A stretch of 26,762 nt of DNA from a virus. Taxonomy: Duplodnaviria; Caudoviricetes. Shown here in pieces: positions 14,503-24,441 of this stretch. Location of the stretch: positions 1-26,762 of IMG/VR virus record IMGVR_UViG_3300011417_000024; one strand, 5' to 3'. Below the pieces are notes generated by a model, which saw only the letters and a program-made list of their open reading frames with translations, was not told the DNA's origin and ran no database searches. Each line of letters opens with the position of its first letter. Position 1 is the first letter of the stretch. The position numbers were made by a program, and so were the translations under genes.

Positions 14503-15627
14503 ATGCAGGATCCCAGAGAAATGTTATTCAAGCGTTCTAAGAAGTTATTTCAGGAACAGCAACGTGTGTTGTGCCAGATTGCTACTGGTGTAGGTAAAAC
14601 CAAGATAGCTATAGAATTAGCAGATGTTAACCAGGAGCCCTGGCAGATCTTAGTCCCTAAAGTTCCTTTGATTAAAACCTGGGAAGATGAAATGATGAAA
14701 TGGGGTGCTGAAGAATTACTAAACAAAGTAAACATCATCTGCTATGCTTCAGCGCATAAGTTAATCCCGGGTAATAACAACGTGATCCTGGATGAAGCAC
14801 ACAGGGTAACAGACAGAACCTTGCCGTTTATCAAAGCTTTTGTAGGCAATGGTAAACTTATAGGTTTATCTGCTACTGTGCCCAAGGCTAAAAAGCTATT
14901 GCTCGAGCAGCTAGGTATTACTGTAGCTAATACAGTGAAGTATAATCTGGATACTGCAGTTAATGATGATATCATTGCTGATTATGAAATCAAGATCATA
15001 CAGTTCCCGCTGGACAATGTTACCAAAAATGTACAAGCTGGCAGACAAGGTGCTTACTTCTTTACTACTGAATACCAAGGTTATGCTTACAAAGATGACC
15101 AGGTAAGGCAGGCTATAAGAACTGGCAACCCTAAATTCATAAAGTTTAAAAACATAGACCGTATGCGGTTTATTTATAATCTGCCCAGCAAGCTTATGTT
15201 AGCGGAGAAAATCCTGGAAGCTATACCGGAAGACAAGAAAGTCATCATCTTCTGTGGAAGTATTGATCATGCCAATGCAGTTTGCCAGCACAGGTATCAT
15301 AGTAAGACCAGCACTAAAGATTATGATGATTTTTGTGCAGGTAACATTAACAGACTAAGTGTTGTGAATAGCGTATCAGAAGGAGTTAATATACCTAATC
15401 TGGATTATGCTGTGCTCATGCAGATTCAGTCTGATAGCTTACACCTGGTGCAAAAGCTTGGCAGGTTATTGCGTAAATCTGATGATCCTGATAAAGTAGG
15501 TAAAGCTATCATGCTGGAATGTATTGGCACGCAAGATTCTAAATGGATCCACAATGCTATTGGCCCATTAGATAAATCTAAAATAGATTATATCTCTTCA
15601 CAACAATTTTTAAACAAAGGATTATGA
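14503..15627 (+). CDS. Superfamily 2 DEAH-box helicase (ResIII/UvsW-like)
   Basis: ATGVGKT, DEAH, SAT, EGVNIP and QKLGRLLR motifs. Confidence 0.93.
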   Translation: MQDPREMLFKRSKKLFQEQQRVLCQIATGVGKTKIAIELADVNQEPWQILVPKVPLIKTWEDEMMKWGAEELLNKVNIICYASAHKLIPGNNNVILDEAHRVTDRTLPFIKAFVGNGKLIGLSATVPKAKKLLLEQLGITVANTVKYNLDTAVNDDIIADYEIKIIQFPLDNVTKNVQAGRQGAYFFTTEYQGYAYKDDQVRQAIRTGNPKFIKFKNIDRMRFIYNLPSKLMLAEKILEAIPEDKKVIIFCGSIDHANAVCQHRYHSKTSTKDYDDFCAGNINRLSVVNSVSEGVNIPNLDYAVLMQIQSDSLHLVQKLGRLLRKSDDPDKVGKAIMLECIGTQDSKWIHNAIGPLDKSKIDYISSQQFLNKGL

Positions 15628-15827
15628 AAGCAGCAGTAGACATTTTAAAGAAATTAATGCAAGAAGCATTTGAAGCTGGCTATGCAAATAGAAATGATGA
15701 AACTTCTGCTGGAAACCCATTTCATAAAACTCCTGATTTTCCTGAATGGTTTGAAGGAGATAAAAAGAAATGGATAAATGCATTAATTGAAATGAAAGCT
15801 TTACTTCTTAATTCTAAGAAATTATGA
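15624..15827 (+). CDS. Hypothetical protein
   Basis: 67 aa with AFEAGY motif and ATGA coupling. Confidence 0.7.
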   Translation: MKAAVDILKKLMQEAFEAGYANRNDETSAGNPFHKTPDFPEWFEGDKKKWINALIEMKALLLNSKKL

Positions 15828-16402
15828 ACATGCCCTATACACCGCAGGCTGAAAAGAGATTAAAACATCTTTTCAACCTGCTTGGGTTGAGAATCATCCC
15901 CTGTTATTTTCACAAGAAAAATCCAGAGCTGTATGAACAATGGCAATATAATGCCTGCAACCAGACAGCTTTAATTACTGCTTATGTACTAACAAAATTG
16001 CTGGTACATCGTGGCCTTCATGATTCAAATCCCTGGGGAAGTACCAAGTTTGATATTAACATCTATGAAGGCATTTTCACAGAAGATTATGCAGGGCAGT
16101 ATAATCATGCTTTTCTGTATGCAAAAGAACAAACCGGAGCTACTCCTATGTGCTTTTTCATTGATGTAGGCAGAGTATCAAACCCAACTGTATTCAAGAT
16201 GGGTCCTTGCCTTAGCCCTTTTCCGGTAGCATACAGTGATGCCTATCAGAATCACACTATTCAGCAACTTGATTTAACAGCCATGCTTTATAATCAAGCT
16301 GAATATTACACTTCAAAAAAAGGTCTTGAAATCTGTATAGATATTGATGTTATTTTACGAAAATTAGGCTTTGATTTAACCAATTTTGATTGGAAAGCTT
16401 AG
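15824..16402 (+). CDS. Hypothetical protein, possible transglutaminase/papain-like Cys-His-Asp fold
   Basis: NAC45NQTA helix start, NH95AFL strand, FFID114. Confidence 0.55.
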   Translation: MNMPYTPQAEKRLKHLFNLLGLRIIPCYFHKKNPELYEQWQYNACNQTALITAYVLTKLLVHRGLHDSNPWGSTKFDINIYEGIFTEDYAGQYNHAFLYAKEQTGATPMCFFIDVGRVSNPTVFKMGPCLSPFPVAYSDAYQNHTIQQLDLTAMLYNQAEYYTSKKGLEICIDIDVILRKLGFDLTNFDWKA

Positions 16403-16445
16403 TTGCTTTTTTTACCTTCAACACCCTGTTTAACCCATTTTTACT

Positions 16446-16946
16446 ATGCTTACAACTGATAAAAAAGAGTTGGCTGATATTGCTGACCAAATCCGTGCAC
16501 TAGCTCTCCTTTCTGTCCTTGTAGAAGATCCAACTTCGGGTCTGATCCAGCTTAATCCAGAAATGTATATTCATATTGGCAGAGCTACTCCAACAAATCC
16601 AAGCAATAATGCTCAGCGGGCTAAGTCTTTGGTAGGGCCCTATCAAAAGTTATGGCCTGCAAAGATTGCTTCAGGAGGCAGACCTATAAGACAAGGCCCT
16701 GTAGCTTTGATTAAAAAGCTTACTGTATTTCTTAATAAGCATCCTAAAGTTACAGAACAGCAAATCCTGGATGCAACTACCCGCTATATAGCTATGAAAG
16801 CTAAAGAGAATTATAACTATATGGTATGTAGTGATTACTTCATTGAAAAAGGAAGTACCAGTGTACTTGAAAGCTATATCACAAATCCAGAACTTGGTTC
16901 AAAAGCATTAGAATCTGCTAAAGCTATAAACCAGCGCTTTATATGA
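16446..16946 (+). CDS. Phage protein coupled to DnaB (putative helicase loader or replication initiator)
   Basis: WP...GRPIR...ILDATTRYI...YM...YFI pattern and ATGA coupling to dnaB. Function is inferred from position. Confidence 0.5.
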   Translation: MLTTDKKELADIADQIRALALLSVLVEDPTSGLIQLNPEMYIHIGRATPTNPSNNAQRAKSLVGPYQKLWPAKIASGGRPIRQGPVALIKKLTVFLNKHPKVTEQQILDATTRYIAMKAKENYNYMVCSDYFIEKGSTSVLESYITNPELGSKALESAKAINQRFI

Positions 16947-18007
16947 GTGAATTCCTGCAGCATGTTGATGCTGGTAGGCTGGGCATGAATGCTGGCTTGC
17001 ATAACTGTTTTGATAAGTTTAATGATTACTTATACAATACCCAAAAAGCAACTTATTACGCTATTGGTGGCGCACCCAGTTCCGGCAAGTCAGCATTGAT
17101 AGATGATAATTTCATCCTATCTCCTTACATGTATTATGAGAAGTTGGGTGTTAAACCTAAGATCAAATGGTTTTACTACAGCTTCGAGATTTCTAAAACA
17201 GCAAAACGGGCCAAGTGGACAGCTTATAAGTTATTCCTGGATCACGGTCTTAAAGTAGACAGTGCTTATATTTTATCTAAAGGCAAGAACAGGATTAGTG
17301 ATGAAATCTATGCCAGAGTTGTTGCAGTAGATCAATACATGGAGCAGCTTTTTGATCACATTGTTTTTGTTCAAGATGCTGATAATCCTACAGGTATTTA
17401 CAATACCATAATGAAATATGCCGAAGCTAATGGGAAGATTCATACAGTACCATATAAGAATCTTGATGGTAGCACAGGATTAACCAAAACAGGTTATACT
17501 GCTAATGATCCTGGTGAGCATGTTATGATTATAGTTGATCACGTAGAGCTTACCAAAAAAGAACGTGGTTATGATACCAAGCAAAACATAGACAAGCTTA
17601 GTGAGTACATGATCATTGCAAGAAACCTGTTTGGGTATTCACCCATACTGGCTGCTCACTTTAACAAAGGCATGTCAGGAATTGACAGGTTGAAACTTGC
17701 CCACCAGGGTAAGATGGATCTTGCACCAATTCTTGAAGATTTTAAAAATACTGGTAATCTTGGCCAGGACTGTAATGTAGCTCTGGGTGTGTTTAATCCA
17801 GTGAAGCATGATCTGCAAGACTATGCAGGTTATGATCTAAGCAGAATGGTAAACAGTTTCAGAAGCATACACTTGATGAAAAACAGGGAAGGTGCTGAGT
17901 ATATCAACATCGGCATGCATTTCAATGGTCAGATAGGAAAGTTCAGAGAATTACCGGAAGCTAAAGCTTTTGAGATAGGTATGGCAAATTATAACAACTA
18001 TCAATAA
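16943..18007 (+). CDS. dnaB: DnaB-like (SF4) replicative helicase lacking the N-terminal domain
   Basis: GGAPSSGKS Walker A, YSFEIS, IIVDH, LEDFKNTGNLGQD and KNREG motifs. Confidence 0.9.
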   Translation: MSEFLQHVDAGRLGMNAGLHNCFDKFNDYLYNTQKATYYAIGGAPSSGKSALIDDNFILSPYMYYEKLGVKPKIKWFYYSFEISKTAKRAKWTAYKLFLDHGLKVDSAYILSKGKNRISDEIYARVVAVDQYMEQLFDHIVFVQDADNPTGIYNTIMKYAEANGKIHTVPYKNLDGSTGLTKTGYTANDPGEHVMIIVDHVELTKKERGYDTKQNIDKLSEYMIIARNLFGYSPILAAHFNKGMSGIDRLKLAHQGKMDLAPILEDFKNTGNLGQDCNVALGVFNPVKHDLQDYAGYDLSRMVNSFRSIHLMKNREGAEYINIGMHFNGQIGKFRELPEAKAFEIGMANYNNYQ

Positions 18008-18240
18008 TGGGTAACAAATTCAATCATATTTATACTAATACATACATAGAAAATCCAACGTGTAGCATATGTGGATCAAGGATCTCACATGAATGGCTGG
18101 CAGGAGACTATACTATGCTAGTTTGTAGCAAAGAGGAGTGCTTCGATGAATGGAGTTTGAAGCGTCTCGAGGATCAAAGAAAACATAGGCTGCAAAATGC
18201 AGTTAATGAAGTTCTGCAAATCCTCGAGGGAAAAAAATAA
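18007..18240 (+). CDS. Small Zn-finger protein
   Basis: CSIC...CSKEEC. Confidence 0.7.
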   Translation: MGNKFNHIYTNTYIENPTCSICGSRISHEWLAGDYTMLVCSKEECFDEWSLKRLEDQRKHRLQNAVNEVLQILEGKK

Positions 18241-18263
18241 AAATTATACTAAAATTAAAAAAC

Positions 18264-19019
18264 ATGGCGAAAGCAATTCTAGTAATTGGCGACATGGGTA
18301 CAGGTAAAAGTACTTCTCTGAGAAATCTACCTCCTACAGAGACAATTATCATTACACCTAACTCCAAGGATCTTCCCTGGGAGGGTGCTATGAAATATTT
18401 CAATAAGAGAAACGGCAACCTGATATCCTGTCTGAAAATTAAAAAAGCTGTGATGACAGACCCCAATGAAGCTAATGGGGTATTAGAAAATCTTGCTCTT
18501 GCAAACAAAAATCCAGTGATCAAGTATGTTGTTCTTGAAGATTTAACACACTTCATGAATGACAGGATGTTGGATGATAAATTTGTAGCGAGTCAGGATT
18601 GGAGTAAGTGGAACAGGTTTGGTGCTGATATGTTTGCTATTACAACCAAACACATCCAGAGCATGAGAGATGATTTAACTGTGATTATCATTGGCCACAC
18701 TGAGGCTAAAGATAATGGCGTAATGGGATTGCAAACAGCAGGAAAGCTGTTGGATAATACTGTGAAGCTACCCAGTTATTTTACTTATGTATTTCATAGC
18801 AGGGTGTTTAGTCAGAACAATGTGCTGACTTACAAGTTCCAGACTCACAATGACGGTAAATACCTGGCTAAAACACCAATGGGTATGTTCAAAGATGATT
18901 TTGTAGATAATGATATGAAAGACATCATCACTACAATTGATGACTATAGAAATGGCAAAGCTATTACAGCTACTGCTGCTCCTGTAGCAACTCCTGGCGT
19001 GCCCGTCAAGCTGGGTTAA
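18264..19019 (+). CDS. AAA_24 / Sak4-like ATPase (putative single-strand annealing recombinase)
   Basis: GDMGTGKSTS, VVLED, IIGH, TAGKLLD and AKTPMGMF motifs. Confidence 0.85.
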   Translation: MAKAILVIGDMGTGKSTSLRNLPPTETIIITPNSKDLPWEGAMKYFNKRNGNLISCLKIKKAVMTDPNEANGVLENLALANKNPVIKYVVLEDLTHFMNDRMLDDKFVASQDWSKWNRFGADMFAITTKHIQSMRDDLTVIIIGHTEAKDNGVMGLQTAGKLLDNTVKLPSYFTYVFHSRVFSQNNVLTYKFQTHNDGKYLAKTPMGMFKDDFVDNDMKDIITTIDDYRNGKAITATAAPVATPGVPVKLG

Positions 19020-19059
19020 AAAAAACAAAACAAAATAAAAACAACTAATAAAATTTAAC

Positions 19060-19794
19060 ATGAAAAAAATCACATTTGATTTCTTGAAAACAATGGAGAT
19101 TAAGGAAGTTGAGAAAACTCCCCTGACAACTCCTACCAGCAAACTTCCTGCTCCAGGTGCTCACCTGAGATTGTTTCCTGATGGTACTGTGTATCCCAGT
19201 CCTGAACTGGTAGCTCTTCATAATCTTGAGTTCCAACCACAAGGTTCTGCAGCTGCTGAAAATGGATATGATGTGTTTACTTCTATAGAATGGGAACAGT
19301 ATGGTAACAGTTCTTCTTCTGCACAGCCTTTTGTATGCTTGGCATTGGTAAGCAAGCATCAGTCTAGGGTTAGTTTGTTTTCTCAGACAAAGTACAATCC
19401 TGATCAAACCCCAAAATCCAGTGTGCTAACACAAAAAACTACAGCTGGGCTCGAGCTAATCACAGCATTAAGTGCAGTATACCTGGAAAAGCCTGAAGAC
19501 AATTTGTTTGAAGACAAAGCTTACCTGGATCTGGTAATAGGATTAAATTTCCCATTGGCAAAAACATCTACCGGAATTTATCACATCCCAAAAGTATTTG
19601 CTAAAGGTAAAGAAGCCGGCAAGCCTACTTATGTACGCAGAGAAAACATCCAGATCTTTCCTATAATGATCATGGAAGAAACTGCAGCACAAAAACCAAC
19701 TCCTGCAGCACAACCAGTAGCACCAGCTGCTGTTCCTACTCCTGCTGCTACTCCAGTACCTAAAACTGCTGCAGCAGCAATCTTTGGGGTATAA
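19060..19794 (+). CDS. Hypothetical protein with Pro/Ala/Thr-rich C-terminal tail
   Basis: 244 aa ending in a low-complexity PAT tail then IFGV. Confidence 0.8.
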   Translation: MKKITFDFLKTMEIKEVEKTPLTTPTSKLPAPGAHLRLFPDGTVYPSPELVALHNLEFQPQGSAAAENGYDVFTSIEWEQYGNSSSSAQPFVCLALVSKHQSRVSLFSQTKYNPDQTPKSSVLTQKTTAGLELITALSAVYLEKPEDNLFEDKAYLDLVIGLNFPLAKTSTGIYHIPKVFAKGKEAGKPTYVRRENIQIFPIMIMEETAAQKPTPAAQPVAPAAVPTPAATPVPKTAAAAIFGV

Positions 19795-19847
19795 TCACAC
19801 TCACACACAAAAGCTAAAAACAATTAAAAAATTAAAAACTAAAAATT

Positions 19848-20576
19848 ATGATTACTCCTGGTATTTTAACAGATCTGCATATTGTCAAAGCAGAAAAAAA
19901 TGATAAAGGAACTCTGGTAGTTACTGTTCAGCAAGGCGAAGGCGATGCTGAGTCATTGGCATCTATATCCAAAGTAACTTCTCAGTCAGAATCTGAGCAG
20001 CAGTTTTATTTCTGGCCTATAAAAGCAGATGACAGACTTACTACTGCAGAAGCTATTGGCTCTGCTATGTATGAAAGATTCAAAGATTTCAGAAATCAGC
20101 TTGGGCATATTCTGGAACAGTTCATGCCAGTTGACAGCCTGAATTTTGATCCTGTTGCAGGCATGCCACATATTACTACGGTAACAGCTTTGAAAGCTGC
20201 ACTGGGAGATCCTGACACGGGTGAAATTGTTGCTGCAAAGGTGTATGATAATTACATCACGGCTTTTATCAACTATATCACACCTGTATTGCAAGGCCCT
20301 ACACCAGCACTCAGAGGTAAATTTGTACGTGCTTCCAAAGACAAGCATTTCCCGGCATTTCCACGGTTCATCCCATTCCTAGAGCCTGCAAGCATTCCTG
20401 AGAAAAGCAGCCGGCTCTCCTTCACAGCTTATGAGCTGGGATTCAGAACAGGAGATGACAAGAAGGATAAAACTACCTGGACTGGTTTTGATCAGTCTAA
20501 TCCTGTCCCAGGTGGCGATGCTTCTGCTGAAGATGCAGCTGCTGTGGATAAATTGTTCCCAGCAACTAACAGGTAA
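19848..20576 (+). CDS. Hypothetical protein, possible ssDNA-binding protein
   Basis: Lies between the Sak4-like ATPase and primase; beta-rich N-terminus and acidic tail. The SSB role is inference only. Confidence 0.45.
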   Translation: MITPGILTDLHIVKAEKNDKGTLVVTVQQGEGDAESLASISKVTSQSESEQQFYFWPIKADDRLTTAEAIGSAMYERFKDFRNQLGHILEQFMPVDSLNFDPVAGMPHITTVTALKAALGDPDTGEIVAAKVYDNYITAFINYITPVLQGPTPALRGKFVRASKDKHFPAFPRFIPFLEPASIPEKSSRLSFTAYELGFRTGDDKKDKTTWTGFDQSNPVPGGDASAEDAAAVDKLFPATNR

Positions 20577-20584
20577 GCCAAGCC

Positions 20585-21598
20585 ATGTCAGAGCGTATCT
20601 TAAATGGCTTTAAGCCGGAAAAGCAATTGCCTGACAAATTTGCAATCTTAGACCTGGTTGATGACTACACTTTATTTTGTTATTACATCAATGAAGAAGT
20701 GTATATCAACCAGGTTATTTTATCTCCGCTTAGAAATCCTGCCTTAGATCAGCCTGATACTGTACCGAGTTTTGTAATTTATGAATCCCGGTATAACAAG
20801 CTTAAATTTTATGATCATGGCAAAGGTGAAAAAGGCGGAGATATTTTTGATTTTGTGCAAGAGCTATATGGCCTGCCTGATTTTAAAGCAGCTTGTCAAA
20901 AAATATCCAGCGATTTTGGATTAGGATTATATCCCAATGAAAATTGTCATACTTCTCAGCAAGTTTTCTTAACTCCTGGTGACAGAAAGGTAAAACCCAG
21001 GGCTGATATCCAGAACATCATAAGCTTTGATAAGTTCACTCCTCAAGGTAAAGCATACTGGGATCAGTATTATATCACTCCTGAGATCCTAACAGAATAC
21101 TGCGTTACACAAGTCAGAAGCTTAATCACAAACAGAAATGTCTCTACGTTAAGAACTTTAGCTTTTGGGTATAGGATTGGTAATAAATATAAAATTTACC
21201 AGCCTTATGAGCCAGAGTTTAAGTTCATGAATAACTATCCATCTAATTATGTAGAAGGCTTGTTCCAACTAACGCAGAGAAAATCTGATAACAGGCTGCT
21301 AATCATTACAAAATCTACTAAAGATGTAATGGTTTTAAGATTGTTAGGCTATGATGCGATATCACCAAAAGGTGAAAACATTTTAATCCCAGCAGATACT
21401 ATCCAGAAGCTTAAATTGCAATTTAAAAAAATTGTACTGCTTTTTGATAATGATAAAGCTGGAGTTAAAGGCGTGTTGAAGTATGCTGAGCATAACTTCC
21501 AACATATCTGGATCCCTGGGGAAAAAGATGTGTCTGATTTTATTGCTAAGTTTGGCCCGCAAAAAACACATGATTTATTACTAGACCTATTACACTAA
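20585..21598 (+). CDS. DNA primase (TOPRIM, crAss-like type)
   Basis: SPLR...PSF...FYDHG...GDIFDFV degenerate Zn-binding domain; IITKSTKDV; LLFDNDKAG; KDVSDF. Confidence 0.88.
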   Translation: MSERILNGFKPEKQLPDKFAILDLVDDYTLFCYYINEEVYINQVILSPLRNPALDQPDTVPSFVIYESRYNKLKFYDHGKGEKGGDIFDFVQELYGLPDFKAACQKISSDFGLGLYPNENCHTSQQVFLTPGDRKVKPRADIQNIISFDKFTPQGKAYWDQYYITPEILTEYCVTQVRSLITNRNVSTLRTLAFGYRIGNKYKIYQPYEPEFKFMNNYPSNYVEGLFQLTQRKSDNRLLIITKSTKDVMVLRLLGYDAISPKGENILIPADTIQKLKLQFKKIVLLFDNDKAGVKGVLKYAEHNFQHIWIPGEKDVSDFIAKFGPQKTHDLLLDLLH

Positions 21599-21603
21599 CT
21601 AAC

Positions 21604-21936
21604 ATGACAGATCTTGATCAAAATATCAGAAAGCTTTTCAATAAGCATTTCCCCACATTACAAGCAGAAAACACAATGTCGGGAAATGAGATAAAAGTTT
21701 TCATAGAAGAGCTGGGCATTATAGTCCAGAAATTAATGGCTAATTCCAAAAAACAGGAATACAGTGAAGGTGCTTACATTAGCATCCGGGAACTGGAAGA
21801 GATTCTCCGGGTTATGCGAGATCTTAAAGAATGTTATGAAAATAACAAACCACACACCACACAAGATATTCTCAGACTAGATGAACTCAAGCAGCTGGAA
21901 TACAAACTCACAGAAAAAATACTAACTAACAGGTAA
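21604..21936 (+). CDS. Hypothetical protein
   Basis: 110 aa, predicted helical. Confidence 0.75.
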   Translation: MTDLDQNIRKLFNKHFPTLQAENTMSGNEIKVFIEELGIIVQKLMANSKKQEYSEGAYISIRELEEILRVMRDLKECYENNKPHTTQDILRLDELKQLEYKLTEKILTNR

Positions 21937-21948
21937 CTTACAACAACT

Positions 21949-23028
21949 ATGAAAAAAATCGCAATCAAAACCAACTTACTAGGCAGGGGAGAAACTTTTA
22001 AAATTCTGGCTGTAGGCCATGCTACAGGCTATCCAGTACTACTCGTGGGCCCTCCAGGTGTGGGTAAAACCAGAGTGTTGCTGGATTACAGCATGGGCCT
22101 GAACAATGGCAATGCTATAGATGCATTGCAACATACTTTCATTCTGGAAACAGATGAAGGAACCAGACCAGCCGAGATCAAAGGTAGAGTAGACATGGAG
22201 AAGCTGCTTGCTCCTGGTATTGACACCGCTACCGGTAAAAACCTTACGCCAAGATATGAGCTGAACTCTCCTATTACAAAATCAAAAATGATTTTGATCA
22301 ATGAGGTGGATAAAGCCAATCCTGGTTTGAGAAACTCTATGCTTGGTGTCATGAATGAGAAAATGCTGTTCAATGGCCAGGACAAGATTTACTGCCCATG
22401 GGAACTGTTCTGTGCAAGCTGTAATGTTATCCCTAAAGAGGAAGCTAACAATCCTTTCTGGGATAGGTTTGTGATCAAGCATCAAGTTAATAGGTTAACT
22501 AAAACACAACTGTTGCAATACTTCGGCAAGAATTCAAAGGCTCCAGTGGAGATTAATCTCCCTGAAAGCAATGATATTGACACATTTATTGCCAGCGATA
22601 TCAACAGTGATTTGCTGAGAAGCTTTTTGGATGTGACTTATGATATCCTGTCTGACAGAAGCTTGAGTTATATCCCACGCATCATTGCTGCAGTAGCTTT
22701 TGTATTTGATGTAAACGTAAAAAAAGCTGCTATTAAGGCTTGTGAAATCCTGGCTGGTCCAGAGCGTGCCAAAACATTAGGCACCAAACTTGAGCCTGCT
22801 GAGATCAGCAACATCAGGAACAAAATAGAGTATATTAATACACTGCAAAACTATGATCAGATCTTGAATCAAATCGAAGATATCAAGAAAGCTGCCAAAG
22901 CTGCAAGTGTGCTTGATTCTGTCACCAAGGTTGATCTGGAAGACCTGGCTAAAGATTTAAACAAAATCTTGTCCAAGCATCCAGTGTATAATGCTGGTCT
23001 GCCTCAAGATGCAGTATCTGCAAACTAA
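21949..23028 (+). CDS. MoxR/RavA-type AAA+ ATPase
   Basis: GPPGVGKT, LINEVDKA, RNSMLGVMNEK, ASCN and FWDRF motifs. Confidence 0.9.
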   Translation: MKKIAIKTNLLGRGETFKILAVGHATGYPVLLVGPPGVGKTRVLLDYSMGLNNGNAIDALQHTFILETDEGTRPAEIKGRVDMEKLLAPGIDTATGKNLTPRYELNSPITKSKMILINEVDKANPGLRNSMLGVMNEKMLFNGQDKIYCPWELFCASCNVIPKEEANNPFWDRFVIKHQVNRLTKTQLLQYFGKNSKAPVEINLPESNDIDTFIASDINSDLLRSFLDVTYDILSDRSLSYIPRIIAAVAFVFDVNVKKAAIKACEILAGPERAKTLGTKLEPAEISNIRNKIEYINTLQNYDQILNQIEDIKKAAKAASVLDSVTKVDLEDLAKDLNKILSKHPVYNAGLPQDAVSAN

Positions 23029-23053
23029 TTTTTAATTTTTAAATCTACCAACT

Positions 23054-24424
23054 ATGGCAAAGAAGACCGGTAAATGGGATAATTGGAGTTGGGAAGATGC
23101 TTTTCAAGTCTCAGAGAGGGAGCTGGTTAACCCCAAGCTCTCTCGCTGGGATAAAAGCGATCTATATGATCTGCTTGTAGTAAGAGATCTGCGTAAACAT
23201 TGTGCTGATAAAAATATTCAGCCTTATGCTGCAATGTCTGATGTAGATTTCGAAGCTGCAGTTGAAAAAGTATTCCCGAAATATATGTTGTATGATACCT
23301 ATAACATTAATCACACACCTACAGAAAATATCAAGCTTGCCAATACAGATGAAAACAACAAATGGCTTTTTGATTTCTTAATGAACAAAGCCACGGGTTA
23401 TTATTCTAAAACTGTCACTCAGCAAAATCCTTTTAACAGTTATGTGTACAGCTCTGAGATCATGAAGCAGCTGTTTGATATATATCAACAGGAAAATCCT
23501 CAGGGCCCTGGTGATGGTGATGGTGAAGGTAAAGATGGTAAAGGCCAGTCTGGTATGCAGAAAATGCTAAGCAAAATGCAAAGCAATTCAAAAGGCAATC
23601 AGAAGCTGGATAAAGCCATGGACCAGGCTCAGCAAAAAGCAGATGAAAGGATCAAAGACGCTGATGATACTGGCAATGCTACAGGAGATCTTGGATGTGA
23701 TAAATCCATGGGTGATTTTAGCCTGGGAGAGTTATCAGAATTCATGAACTACATGGAAGCACTGGATAACATAGAGCTACCAGAATCTGTAGTAACCAGC
23801 TTTGTGAAGAATACCTTAAAGCTTTCTGAAGCTTATTTTTCCACCAAGTACACAGAATCTCAGGTAGAGTTGCTCGAGGCTGATGTAATAGATGATCTAT
23901 CTAACATAGAATATCTGTTTCCTCAGCTGAGGGCACTAGGTCTGGACAATATTGTAACTCATGAGCGTAAATACCACATGAAGTTTGATCTGTTTGTAGA
24001 TATTTCCGGATCTATGAGCAGTCAGATCTATGATGTTAAAGGTAATGGCAGCATTGCTGGTATAGACCTGGCCAAGATCACTGCCCTAAAGCTTAAAAAC
24101 ATGGGTCATGTAGAGGATGTATATCCTTTTCAGTCCAGGGTAGAAAAAAAGCTTACCAAGAAAAGTGACATCGCGTTGATGAAATGCACCGGAGGTACTG
24201 ATATCAATGAAGTTATTCGTACAGTACAAAAAACAGACAGGCCCAGTGTAGTGATCACAGACATGCAGGATAGTATAAGTATTTACGATCCTAATGTGTT
24301 CTTTGTGGGCATACTTGGAGCCACGTTTGAGAATTTCCGCGGACAAACTATAGGCAAACAATACATTGAAAACCGCCAGTGTATCAAATATGACAATACT
24401 AACAAGTTTGTCCTGGTGCAGTAA
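23054..24424 (+). CDS. von Willebrand factor A (VWA) domain protein, probable MoxR partner
   Basis: MIDAS DISGSM, GGTD and VITD; Gly/Asp-rich linker GPGDGDGEGKDGKG. Confidence 0.88.
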   Translation: MAKKTGKWDNWSWEDAFQVSERELVNPKLSRWDKSDLYDLLVVRDLRKHCADKNIQPYAAMSDVDFEAAVEKVFPKYMLYDTYNINHTPTENIKLANTDENNKWLFDFLMNKATGYYSKTVTQQNPFNSYVYSSEIMKQLFDIYQQENPQGPGDGDGEGKDGKGQSGMQKMLSKMQSNSKGNQKLDKAMDQAQQKADERIKDADDTGNATGDLGCDKSMGDFSLGELSEFMNYMEALDNIELPESVVTSFVKNTLKLSEAYFSTKYTESQVELLEADVIDDLSNIEYLFPQLRALGLDNIVTHERKYHMKFDLFVDISGSMSSQIYDVKGNGSIAGIDLAKITALKLKNMGHVEDVYPFQSRVEKKLTKKSDIALMKCTGGTDINEVIRTVQKTDRPSVVITDMQDSISIYDPNVFFVGILGATFENFRGQTIGKQYIENRQCIKYDNTNKFVLVQ

Positions 24425-24437
24425 TTTGTTACCTTTG
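24407..24437 (+). promoter_or_regulatory. Bacteroidota primary-sigma promoter
   Basis: TTTG (24407-24410), 19-nt spacer, TACCTTTG (24430-24437): an exact match to the TTTG / TAnnTTTG consensus. Confidence 0.75.
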
Positions 24438-24441
24438 CACT

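Noticed and set aside
11510-18007. Intein or intron in polA or dnaB
   Set aside because: Frames are continuous, with no intein splice-junction or homing-endonuclease motifs
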